Assembly: GCA_044892525.1 (NCBI GenBank)
Contig: CM097887.1
Span: forward strand, 10,974,001-11,038,000
Source of the DNA: Schmidtea polychroa
Lineage: Eukaryota
Direction: 5' to 3'
Length of the DNA stretch: 64,000 nucleotides
Shown here: one piece after another, positions 45,779 to 57,189 of the stretch
Numbering within the stretch: the first letter of the stretch is position 1
How the letters are laid out: each line of letters opens with the position of its first letter
Made by a program: the position numbers and the translations under genes
The notes under the pieces: model-generated
Told to the model about the DNA's origin: nothing
What the model saw: the letters and a program-made list of their open reading frames with translations, nothing else
Databases searched by the model: none

Positions 45779-46032
45779 AAATACCAGAAACAAAAAGACG
45801 AGAAATGATAAAGGAAACACATTTTTATTATGTCTCACAGGATTAGAAAAACTAATGAAATATATTCGGAATAATTTTGATTTGGAAAATTTGCTAAATG
45901 AAATAAGAACGACTATTTCAATATGTGAAGCATGTCAGAAACCACAAGGTTCTAACTACAAAGTCAAAAGAAAAACTCAAGTAATTCAAGCTAGATAACT
46001 GATGAAGAAAGATTACACATAACGTACAGATT

Positions 46033-47577
46033 ATGGAAAAAAGCCCTGTATTGTGTTTGATTGGAATGGAAGTACTGGAGCAGTTAGACGGAATCTCACT
46101 GGATTTTAAAACTGGAAATTTGATCGTGCGAAAAAGTGGCGAAGTCATTCATAATTTAGGAGAAGTATTTCTCAGTCAATCGTTAACCATCCCACCTCAA
46201 ACAGAAATAATATATTATGCGAACGCTGCTGGCGTAGACGATGATGAATTTATATTTGAACCGAATCAAACGTTAATAGAAAAATACGAGACCCCGATGT
46301 GTGACGAAATTGTGAAAGTGGAAAATCAATTATTACCAGTGCGAATGGCTAATTATGGTGACAAGTCAATTCGGCTAAAACCAAAGACGAAACTAGGCAA
46401 ATTGTCTAATATGTTGATAGAAGCGGAAAGGAAGATTCCTAGAAACGTAAAAATTTATAAAGAACCTGAAGTAGTAAGTACTGATTTGACCGAAGAGCAA
46501 AGACAAAAGTTTACAGAATTGTTGAGGAGATACCGGGATATTTTTGCGAGACACGAATATGACTTGGGGTTAACAAATATAATTGAACATGAAATTCCGT
46601 TGTTGGATGAAACCCCGGTGAAAATAAAACCGTACAGAATACCATATATTCATCAAACCGAAAGTGATCGACAAATTCAGGCAATGAAAGATTTTGGAAT
46701 AATCAGAGATAGCTCATCACCGTTTTCGTCGTCCATTGTAATTGTAAAGAAAAAATACGGAGATTTACGATTTTGTGTGGATTACAGAAAACTGAACCAG
46801 GTAACAAGAAAAGATACATATCCAATTCCTGTACCCCAGAAAATGTTCCATCAGATGGGAGAAGCTCAATATTTTACTGTGATTGATTTGAATAAAGGGT
46901 ATAATCAATTTAAAGTCAAGGAAGCAGATAGAAAGAAGACAGCCTTTTCAGATGGCAAAGGGTTATATGAGTTCAATGTTCTACCGTTCGGTTTGACGGG
47001 AGCCCCGGCTACATTTCAAAGAGGTATGAATTTTGTATTAAGAGGCTTAAAACACGCGTTAGTTTATATTGATGATATTATTATATTTTCAAATAGCTTT
47101 GATGAACATCTCGATGATGTTGAGGCAGTATTTAAACGACTAAACGGAGCAAAATTGAAAATAAAACCATCGAAGTGTGAATGGGTAAAATCCGAAGTGG
47201 TGTATGTTGGTCATATAATATCAAGACGAGGTCTACAAACAAATTCTGACAACATTATAAAAATGGAAGTGTATCCAATTCCAAAGAATGCGGATGATGT
47301 GAGGCAATTCTTAGGATTAGCAAGCTATTATAGAAAGATTATAAAGAATTTCTCGCATATAGCTCAACCGTTAAATTCATTATTGAAGAAGAATAACAAG
47401 TTCATATGGAACAAAACTCAACAAGAAGCTTTTGACGCACTGAAGCAAAAATTAATAACGACACCTATTTTGCGATGCCCAGATTTTACAAAATTGTTCT
47501 TACTAATGACGGATGCCAGTAACGTTGCATTAGGCGCAGTGTTGGGTCAGAAGGTAGATGGGGAAAAGATCACGTGA
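46033..47577 (+). CDS. Pol part 1: protease C-terminus, spacer domain, reverse transcriptase, RNase H start
   Basis: CLIGMEVL (protease end); SSPFSSSIVIVKKK..DLRFCVDYRKLN; PFGL..APATFQR; VYIDDIIIFS; TDAS..ALGAVL; frameshift at ~47575. Confidence 0.9.
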   Translation: MEKSPVLCLIGMEVLEQLDGISLDFKTGNLIVRKSGEVIHNLGEVFLSQSLTIPPQTEIIYYANAAGVDDDEFIFEPNQTLIEKYETPMCDEIVKVENQLLPVRMANYGDKSIRLKPKTKLGKLSNMLIEAERKIPRNVKIYKEPEVVSTDLTEEQRQKFTELLRRYRDIFARHEYDLGLTNIIEHEIPLLDETPVKIKPYRIPYIHQTESDRQIQAMKDFGIIRDSSSPFSSSIVIVKKKYGDLRFCVDYRKLNQVTRKDTYPIPVPQKMFHQMGEAQYFTVIDLNKGYNQFKVKEADRKKTAFSDGKGLYEFNVLPFGLTGAPATFQRGMNFVLRGLKHALVYIDDIIIFSNSFDEHLDDVEAVFKRLNGAKLKIKPSKCEWVKSEVVYVGHIISRRGLQTNSDNIIKMEVYPIPKNADDVRQFLGLASYYRKIIKNFSHIAQPLNSLLKKNNKFIWNKTQQEAFDALKQKLITTPILRCPDFTKLFLLMTDASNVALGAVLGQKVDGEKIT

Positions 47578-49241
47578 TAGCGTATGCAAGCAGGTCACTG
47601 AGACCACATGAAAAAAATTATACAACAATTGAAAAAGAAACCTTAGCGTTAGTTTACGGAATCGCTACGTTTAGACAATACTTGCTGGGACGGAAATTTA
47701 TCGTATACACTGATCACAATCCTCTTCAATGGTTGATGAAGCATAGAGATTCAGCTAGTAAATTAATTAGGTGGTCAATAGCTCTTCAAGAGTATGATTT
47801 CGAAATTAAATACAGAGCAGGGAAAGCTAATGCAAATGCCGATGCAATGTCTAGAATTCCCAATGGAGGCAGTGAAAGTGAAGGTAGTACAGAAACGATT
47901 GAAGGCACGATATTTGCCGCAATTAAAGCCGTTAACAATATGATAGAGTTACAAAATGAACAGAAAAAGGACAATCAACTTAAACAGTTTTTTGAACGAG
48001 CAATTACAGTCGAAAAAGAGATAAATTTAAAGAAAATAATCAGTGAAAATCACAAATATATAATTCACGAAGGAATATTAAAATGTGTAAAAAACGATGA
48101 GATACTAATCATGATTCCTGAAAAACAGAGAGATTCATTATTGATGCAATATCACGATGGAGCTTTAGGAGGGCACTTATCTGCTAGAAAAACTTTATCG
48201 ACACTAAAACTAAAATATTATTGGCCATTAATGGAGCAAGATGTGAGAGATTGGTGCAAGAAATGTAAAATATGTATTACAAGGAGAAATACAGGAAATA
48301 AAATTAAAGTAACTTTAAAACCAATGTCTGTACCAACTGCACCAATGGAGATGACTGCAATGGACATTGTGGGACCATTACCTGAAACAATAAAAGGAAA
48401 TAAATGTATTGTAGTATTCTGTGATTATTTGACGAGATGGCCGGAAGCTTACGCCATATCAAATCAAAAGGCCGATACGGTAGCCAAAATATTCGTAGAG
48501 AATATTGTCTTTAGATATGGCACTCCTAAGAAATTACTAACTGATCAGGGTTCAAACTTTCAAAGCGAATTATTTAAATCAATTACTGAGTTATTTGGAA
48601 TCTGGAAGCTGAACACTTCTCCTTATCCACAAACCGATGGCTTAGTTGAGAGATTTAACGGTACATTGATAAATATGATTTCTTCGTATGTTAATAGTAA
48701 GCAAAGGGATTGGGATGAATATATAAAGCCTTGCTTGTTTGCTTACCGAAATGCAATAAACCCAAGCACGGGTGAGACACCTTTTTATTTGATGTATCTA
48801 AGAAGAAATAATATGCCGATAGATTTAAACTTCCAATTGCCGGTAACACAATATTTGGAAATACCAGACTATAAAGCATTAATGCAAGAAAGAGTGCAGT
48901 CCGTGTGGGCAAAAGCTGGGTTAACGGTAAAACACAATCAAGAAAAGTATAAAGAAGCCTATGATAAAAAGGCACATCCACATGGAATCAAAATTGGAGA
49001 CTTGGTATATCTCAATAGACCTGAACCGCTCAAAGGAATGTCACCAAAATTACAGAGACCGTTTAAAGGGCCATATAAAGTATGTGACACAACTGAAACA
49101 AATTTGAAACTACTACCATTCAGGAGTAAAAAAGCTAATCCTATAATAGTTCATGCAAATCGATGCAAATTAATGCCAGAAGACGATGAAACAAGATATC
49201 CACTTCGATCAAAACAAAACAAAGAAAAGTGGATGCCATAG
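47574..49241 (+). CDS. Pol part 2: RNase H and integrase
   Basis: IAYASR, TDHNPL, YHDGALGGH...CKIC, AMDIVGP / LTDQG / VERFNGT, GPY; closely parallels the element A integrase. Confidence 0.92.
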   Translation: MIAYASRSLRPHEKNYTTIEKETLALVYGIATFRQYLLGRKFIVYTDHNPLQWLMKHRDSASKLIRWSIALQEYDFEIKYRAGKANANADAMSRIPNGGSESEGSTETIEGTIFAAIKAVNNMIELQNEQKKDNQLKQFFERAITVEKEINLKKIISENHKYIIHEGILKCVKNDEILIMIPEKQRDSLLMQYHDGALGGHLSARKTLSTLKLKYYWPLMEQDVRDWCKKCKICITRRNTGNKIKVTLKPMSVPTAPMEMTAMDIVGPLPETIKGNKCIVVFCDYLTRWPEAYAISNQKADTVAKIFVENIVFRYGTPKKLLTDQGSNFQSELFKSITELFGIWKLNTSPYPQTDGLVERFNGTLINMISSYVNSKQRDWDEYIKPCLFAYRNAINPSTGETPFYLMYLRRNNMPIDLNFQLPVTQYLEIPDYKALMQERVQSVWAKAGLTVKHNQEKYKEAYDKKAHPHGIKIGDLVYLNRPEPLKGMSPKLQRPFKGPYKVCDTTETNLKLLPFRSKKANPIIVHANRCKLMPEDDETRYPLRSKQNKEKWMP

Positions 49242-50411
49242 TTCAACAAAAATTTACCAAAAACCCAGTCCCAATCAGTTACATTACAAAAATGTTGTTT
49301 ATAATGATTGCTTTGTTAACACTGACAAGTGTTAAGGGTGGGAAGGTCGATTTAACTTATGCAGTGACAAAAATACCCTTATGGGAAAAGATCAATATAT
49401 ACTCTACGTATACGAATATTGTCTGGATCTATCATTGTGAGGTATCGGAACAAATAGAAATTAACAACCTCTTAGATCCATTAACGCCGGTCAGTATTCT
49501 TAATTACGATAGAAATATGTATGTGGCACAAGAATTAAAGGCGAACTTCAAATATCCGTGGTTTATAAAACAAAATGAGACAAATTCGTCGGTAAAGTTT
49601 AATAGTCAAATTCGAGTCATAATACAAACGAAAGAATTACGACATACAGTCGAAATAGAGCCGGTATTAAATGGAGTAAATGTGTATTGGACAGCAAGTG
49701 AACGGGTGAAAGCACAAATGATATTTCAAAACTTTGTTGATACATTAAATACACGGAAATCGTATTCTCGATATTATAACCTAAAAATGAATGCCAATTA
49801 TACCATATTAACAAATTATTATGAAAATATGCTATACGATAACGGGACAATAATGAACAATAGATGGGCATTGTTTAAAACCGAAAAGCAGAGTATTTAC
49901 CTAAGAAATGTATCGAATATAGTGATTTTCAAAGTGCAGTATGAAGCGATAGTAATATATAGAAAATCAATGATCAATGAAAGAGTAATTATTAGTGAGA
50001 ATCAAAGAATTATCGTTTTGTTGGATGTGGGTAAAAGTTACTTCTAATTTAGGAGATAATTACCTGATAAAAATCAAATACCAGCTGTGGATGGACAAAC
50101 CATATCGTTGGCAAACAGTTTTGGTAGAAACAAAACTGAGCAAAAGGCCAGAGTTGATGCTAACAGCCACACATCAAACACAGACGATAGTAGCAACCAC
50201 GGGTCCACCACTGAATCGAAATAAATTTAATCGAACTCAAATGAGCAAGCTAGTTTTAAATGAAACGAACCAAACATTAATCATCTGTGAATACTTACTC
50301 TATCTTATGATAACAGCATTTTTCATATTATCCATAGTGTTTCTAATAATAACAATCGTACACCTAACTATGATCATTGACAAGGATTTTATATTGCATG
50401 CATGTATATAA
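49229..50411 (+). CDS. Env-position membrane protein of element B, split by a frameshift at ~50000-50045
   Basis: Signal-like MLFIMIALLTLTSVKG; beta-rich ectodomain with several N-x-S/T sites; C-terminal TM YLLYLMITAFFILSIVFLIITIV. Confidence 0.65.
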
Positions 50412-51807
50412 AAAATATATATAATTATTGATAATCTGTATGGTTAAAAGTAAATTAGAAATGTGTGAGGTAGTTCTATGGCGAATGAAACTACAGGAGC
50501 AGGAAGACGAAACTATGGAGGAGGGAGAAATGAATAACTTGGACTAAAACTGTGAGAATTAATAAAAATATTAATGAAAAGAAATAACCCTTTTTAAATT
50601 TTCGTCCTTGAAATAGTAGTGGTGAAAACTAAAACTAAAATAAGGCAAATTTATTATAAATAACACCATAAATAAGAATTAGGTGAATCAAAGTCAATCA
50701 TCGTCATCCAAAATAATAAAACTCCGTGGGGAGGGTCATTTTCAAATAGGAGAATTTTCGCAAAGCCTTCCATAACTCCAAAGGTTCTTTTGAGGCCCCG
50801 ACGTCGCGGAAGGGCGACCGGCAACCAAACCAATTCTTCGGACTTAGGAGCCTAAAATAACGAATACTATAAAATTTCAGTTGCCTAGTTTTAAGGGATA
50901 TATGTAGTACAAGTATCATAAGTCTACAGTGTAATATCGTTTCTATAGATAAATGGGCAATGCGTAAAAATGTATATATAGGTGTATATGTGTGTTGCCG
51001 TAAAACTAGAATTAATTAAATAATGTTTTATTGAGATATTACAAGGTTCATTTCCCATTAAAGAATAATAATCAAACCTCAAAAGGGTAGCTAAATAAAT
51101 ATGAAAACAATTCTCTTCTGTGATAATTTCACTCAACAAAACTCTCCATTTTTCTAGTTTTCTTTAATCAATTTAATTTATTATGCTAAAATTTATTTTA
51201 CTAAGTAATTCATTGAAAATAACAGTATATATCTATTTTTATTTTAAAACAGTCTACAAAATAGTTGAAATTATTAAAATGGCAATGATAAGAAAAGTTA
51301 CAATAAATAATTTATCAGTACCAAAAAATTATAATAACGTTAGTTTATGAATGATTAAAATAGACAATGAAAATCATTTCCGCCAAATTTATATTAATTG
51401 CTTCGTATTTTTTATTTTATGAATTATTATGACAAAAATAAAACAATGAGAATAAAGATTCTTATTTTTGTAAATTATTTGTATGTTAAAAAAAAAATTC
51501 ATATAATTTATTGGGATTTCAAGGTTAAAAATCATCAGCAAACGGGATTTTTCAGAGTGAATTGTCGTGTCATCATGATTCGAAATTGTTCCCATTTCCA
51601 ATTTTATGTCCTTTTCTGTTTCGGTTTCGGACAATAAACTTTGGTTGTGTTCAGTTACTATAGTAACGATAAAGAAATTAATAAACTACCAGAGCTATTA
51701 CTGGGAGAATTTATTTTTAGTTGAAAAAAAAAAATTAAGCAAGAATAAAATTATGAAAAACATTCAACATGTATTTTGAGGACGAAATTTTTTTAAGGGG
51801 GGAGATA

Positions 51808-52982
51808 TGTTGAGGCTGTTAAATTAAAATTATCTTAAATTAAATTAGAAATATTTTGAATCAAAAGAAAATTGAAGTGAAACGAAAGAGAATCGCAATC
51901 AAGCAGAGAATTGAAGTCAAAGAAAGACATAAGGAAAACAGAACGAGAAAAAGGTGTAAGCAGATACGGAATGGAAAAAAAATGCAAATCGGAGAAATTG
52001 GAATAAATTGAAAAGTTATCAAAATCGAAGCTGGAAAACGGAATAGGTGTAGATCAGGGATTGGCGAAGAAGATAGCGAGCAAGAAATTGTCAGAAAATG
52101 TCTTGAAAGGGTCGAAAACAGGTAAAAAGGTTAAAACAGAAATCATTAATTAATTAATTAATTGGCTAATGGAAAACCCGGGCTAATGGGAAGTCCGAGC
52201 CAATGGAGAACCCGAGAGATGAAGAAACCTCGAGCACGGTTATTAGGGAAAATAAACAAACCGAACGTTGGAGAACGATTATCAAAACAAACTAAACGAC
52301 TTTTGGAGAGACATTATCTTAACAACCGAGCGCGGCAATCGAGAAAAATAAACAGTTTAACTTTTAGAGAACTATTATGGAATCAACAGGATAAGTGAGG
52401 GTAAATAAAAAGATCGGAAATAACATGAAGGAACGGTAGAAGTGATTAATTACAGTTATTTTATCATAATATCAAAGAAAGCCGCTGGTAATCAAAATGA
52501 TTATTGGAGTATATAAGGAGACTCCAAATTCAGAAAATTTGGCGTTAGCCTTAGGTAGGGAAGACGAAATTGACAATAGGTTTTGGAGATTGTCAGAAGA
52601 GGTGAAATTGAAGAGACGTGGAAAATTAAGGAATCAAAGAAGTCAGATCAAGGAAATTAAATGGTATCAAAAGTGAATCAAAGAGTTGAGTGAATTAAAT
52701 TCAAAATAGTCAAACAAATCGAATCAAAGGCAAGGAGTCGAATAAAGGAATTAAAAGGTGATATTTACTTTCAGATCGCACAGGGTCGAGACTTCCGAGG
52801 TGAGGCTTGATCGAATAGATAAAAAGTTTGATTATTAAATTATTGTTGTGAAATTTGTTGTGATTGAGAATTGTAAAGTGTAATAACAAATATACGTTGG
52901 GAAATCGGAGTTTATTGATTTGTCTGAACACGAGGAGTCAGAGTAACCAACGATCAATCTTTTGTTATTATAAAACCCAACA
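51808..52982 (+). repeat. Complete 3' LTR of element B (1175 bp)
   Basis: TGTTGAGG...AAAACCCAACA, preceded by the PPT and followed by the TSD. Confidence 0.9.
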
Positions 52983-54531
52983 AATGTAACAAAGAAATTA
53001 AAGTACAAATAAGTTGAATCGAGTCAAGAAATTGACATTTTTCATTGGAAATGCATTAAGGTTACAATGAGTTACAATTTGAGTCGGTTTTCCTTGGATT
53101 CAATTTTTGCGCAAATCAAGGCCTGCTCACATACATAGACAAATATATTTATTATTTCAGGTCTTTTTTTCAATTAAATTATTACAATGGCTTCAGTTGT
53201 CATTGGCCATGAAATACTATATGACTTTTACTTAGCTACCGATATTTCCTCTTTCACTAGTTTATTCCATCGGCTTAGCACTGGGAACGTGGTTCAGAAC
53301 TAATGAACAGATGGAATTTCTTGACAAAATTCTCAATTATTTTCCTTTCCGGGTTTTCGGTAACCGGTAGAAGGATCTACATCATTGTCTTTAAGAATTT
53401 TTTCGTTCAATAACCATCCTACATTACTGGACTTCGAAAATTTCGAAAATTTGAGCAGTGTTCTTATCTAGCATTTCAATTCATGGATGTGATCTGGTTT
53501 AATGTGCTACTTACAAATTTTAAAGATAAAAAGGTTAAAATATTATAAATTGTTGTTTGCTAAAATAAAAATTCCCTTGTGACTTTCTTAACATTAAAAA
53601 ATAAATATGCTTATCTATTGCAGCAAAAACTCTCGAATTGTAAAAACCCGTTATCACTAAAGTTTTTTCTATCTGGAATTCTTAGATCAACGCCGCTATT
53701 TTCATCATAAGCGAGAGTTTTTCAATTATTCATTTCATAAAACGCCATACTGTTCATTGTAGCTACTACATATATTAAATACATCGGTAGTCAATGAAAC
53801 CTTCATCATTACTGAGACAGAAGTTCCAATTAAAAAGTTTTATCCATCGTATGGTGTGTGAGAGGACTATTCTCAATCTCTGAGATTTAATTTCTCATCA
53901 ATATTTTGCTGAAAATACTAAATCTTATTCGGTTTTTTTATAAAGAAACCCAAAAACATGATTTCTATGGTCCCAGATGATAACGCTTCTTATGCGATAC
54001 ATATCATAGAGGTATATTTGACAAATCTAAATATTTGTTAACTAAGGGGAATCATTAAATTAGGTTTAGTAAATGTTATAATTGTATCGATCATAATATT
54101 TATCAGATCAAGTACAACGAAAATTTACTAAATCTTCATATCAATACCATACCATATTAATGTTAATGTTAACAGAAAAACAGGCATTTTTTAACATGTT
54201 ATTGTCAGACACATTGGCCTAATAAGTTTATTTAAAAAAAGTCTCTGTCAAACAAATCGAACTGACACAGTTATGTTAAACGAAATTTAATAACTTTATT
54301 ATAGGAATTGAGAAGGTGACAGAAAAATATTGTGGTTGTGGTGCGAGTGGCAAAGAACTGTCAGTCATAAATGATTGATATGGCGCTGAGAGTTTTAATC
54401 TAATATTAAAATAACAAGTCTTATTCTAAAATGTTTATTTAATAACTGCACTTCTTTTGATTTTGTATACTGGGGTATTTGACAAGCATTCTCTTTACTA
54501 ATTTCCAGCTGATTTAAATCTTGATTTTTAA

Positions 54532-55078
54532 CCATTTGAGTGCTGACCGTTTTTTCTATATACTATTCAAATTTGCTGAACAAAAAAAGAGGTGGGATTT
54601 TTTAAAATATTTAATGTCTTTCATAATTTTTAACACATTTTAATGAAAATGGAGTTGATCGATGAAGTATATCTTGGTCAGGTTGAATTTCAATAAAACC
54701 ATCTTCAGCTATATTCTTGCCGACATCTTCACATTCAATCTTGTCATCATTTGAGGTTTTGAGGTGTATATAAATGTATGATGTATATAAATGACGCTGG
54801 TATCACTGAAATCGTTTATTTCTTCGGAAGACATCGTAATTTTTATGGACTAAAAATATATAATAAATAAATGATGTTTATGCACAAATAACAGATATAG
54901 TAATGAAAATGTCATACGTAAATTGTAACTTCACACTTTATACAGAGAAACACAGTACCATCAACCGCCAACCATTTGACAGTTTAAGGTTGTGTCAAAG
55001 TTTGCACCATCACATGTGAGGCCGTGCTTTTGGCTCAAACAATAAAGAATGATATCGCTCTCCTCAGCATTCTATAGG
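54532..55078 (-). mobile_element. Short non-autonomous piggyBac derivative
   Basis: Flanked by TTAA on both sides; imperfect TIRs CCATTTGAGTGCTGA / CCTATAGAATGCTGA; acidic N-terminal remnant (MSSEEINDFSD...) on the minus strand. Confidence 0.5.
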
Positions 55079-55496
55079 TTAAAAATGAATTTATAATTTT
55101 TCATTTTTAAATATTGTTTGCTTTAGAAAAATCTTTCATATGGTTCACTATTGATCGAATATTAAATTTTAAATTTTTTTATCGTTTTTTATTTACATGA
55201 CAATTTATCAATAAATTAAAACTATATACTATTCAAATATTATAAGAATAAAATAATGAGAAACAATTAAGAACTGAAAGCCATTTATGAAATATTAATA
55301 GAAAATTTTCTTTCCGATTCTGAAATTTTCCAATTTAAAATTTGATTATTGCGATTTTTTGCTCAAAATATTGAATGGAAATTTTAGAAATTCTCTAATA
55401 GTAGATTTTTTAATATCAATCGAAGTTAATAATTTTTTTAAAGTTTTTATTTGCTAATTTTTGAAGTTTTGACAATTTCTTAATCTAATTCCTTAA

Positions 55497-56850
55497 CCCT
55501 TTGAGTCCCAATTTTTTTTCCAACCAAAGTAAATTTATTTGGAAGATTACTTTATGATAATCATTTTACACATTTAAAAAATTTGAAAAATCCTTTGAGT
55601 TAGAAGAAAATTAATTTCTAAAAATGTTATAAAAATTCTAAAATAGTTGAATATTTTGGTTGAATGTGAATTGATATAATATTAGTAAGTAACATTTGTG
55701 TGATAAGATTTGAAACAAGTGTGAAGGCACAAGCCAACATCAAATTGTTCATCTTTATAAATAGTTTTGACCTTATTAACTGCTTTCGAACAGGCAACAC
55801 ATCTTTTTCTTTGTCTTCTTGAACCTCTTGAACCACTAACATAGTCAGGAAAGTGTCTTTCTACCATTCTTGCAGGGCGGTCTACCAACAACTGAAGCAT
55901 CAGTTTTATATTTTTCGAGTATTTGTTGAACAAGTTCTTTTTTGAAATCATTTAGTGACATGCTTGATTTTGTCTTTTTTCTTGTATATTATGTACGAGT
56001 TGAAATAATTTTTTATACCACTATAGTTTTTTGTACACATTCTGTAAAAGACATTTGCATATCTATGTGATCGAATGCGCCCATTTTCATGTTATAGTCG
56101 ACAATGCATTGTGGTTTCCTTATGATTTCATTGGTTAGAGTTCGTTTACAAGTACCAGACATTATATTTGAATTGATTGATGACAGCATAAATACATCCA
56201 TTTTGTCCTTCCATTTCAATGCACGTAAAATTCCATTCGCAGCTTTTTCCACTTCACCTATTTTTATCTAGTTTTCTAGTCATCTTGGGATAATCCTTTC
56301 TATTTCTTGCGGTTCCACATGCTCCATATTGTTGAAAAGCAAATTGAAATGTTTTGGGCTTGTGTACCAATTATCAACATAAAGGATATGTTCTTTATTC
56401 AAAAACTGTTTCAAAGTCATAATCCAGTTTGTCCAAGGCCATCATGACGAGTTATATTGGAATCTTTTCCAATGTAAATTATAAAATCAGGGATGATTCG
56501 GGTTGAGCAATCAGCAAGACTGAACAATTTTATTTCGAAATGATGGTATATATTGTTTGATTATTATTTCTTTTCATGTTATAAGGCTTTCTTGATTTCT
56601 TGACATATGCCTATTGAATACTGGAGTTAGAAGTAATGGATCCAATAACCAATAGTCTTTCATTTACCTTTTGGATAATATTCTGGTATGAAATATCAGC
56701 TTACCGGAATACAATTTTCCCAGTTTTTCATATTTTGTCGATTGATGCATATCTTTTCTGGTTTTATATAAATTTGTTTCACGCACCATGCGATTCATCA
56801 TTTCTTTATCGAAAAAATGTAATAATAATAATAATTGGTTAATTATCGGT
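55497..56850 (-). mobile_element. Degraded, 5'-truncated piggyBac
   Basis: TTAA followed by CCCTTTGAGTCCC at 55493-55509; LYVDNWYTSP, LKWKDK.DV.MLS, KPQCIVDYN..MGA.D, KRCVAC...GLC...CFKSYH. Confidence 0.85.
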
Positions 56851-57189
56851 TCTCGCGTCTGTGTGCGCTGTTTACTTTTTTGGATTGATTTGTGTGCGCA
56901 CACAAACGCGGACAATTGTGGCATCGAAAAATAAGAACACGTATTTAGATCGCTTATTTCGGTTTTTGTCAGATTTGTATCGATTTTGAGTTCGTTTAAA
57001 GGAATCAGCGAATTGCTGGAATTTGATTTAGATTGTTCGAGAATTTCAAATAAATTTTTTTTGGGAATTTAGTTTTTGAATGGATGGTAAATGTGTGACG
57101 TGCAATGATGGATTTATTGAAAGAATTGAATTTGATAACTCAATGGAAAATGGAAGTACTACAAACGAAACTGATTGTTCCTTTTTATT

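Larger units (their letters stand above)
45116..52982 (+). mobile_element. Ty3/Gypsy LTR retrotransposon (element B), same clade as element A; defective (gag/PBS deleted, frameshifts)
   Basis: Direct repeats 45116-45778 and 51808-52471 (about six differences seen by eye); PPT AAGGGGGGAGA at 51795-51805; TG...CA ends; 4-bp TSD AATG (45112-45115 / 52983-52986). Confidence 0.93.

Noticed and set aside
50690-51640. Additional cargo ORFs in the 3' region of element B
   Set aside because: Only short broken frames on either strand; cannot support coding status.
53180-54020. Possible decayed host gene (GC-richer, codon-like stretches)
   Set aside because: Multiple stops in all frames and no recognisable motif; left unannotated.
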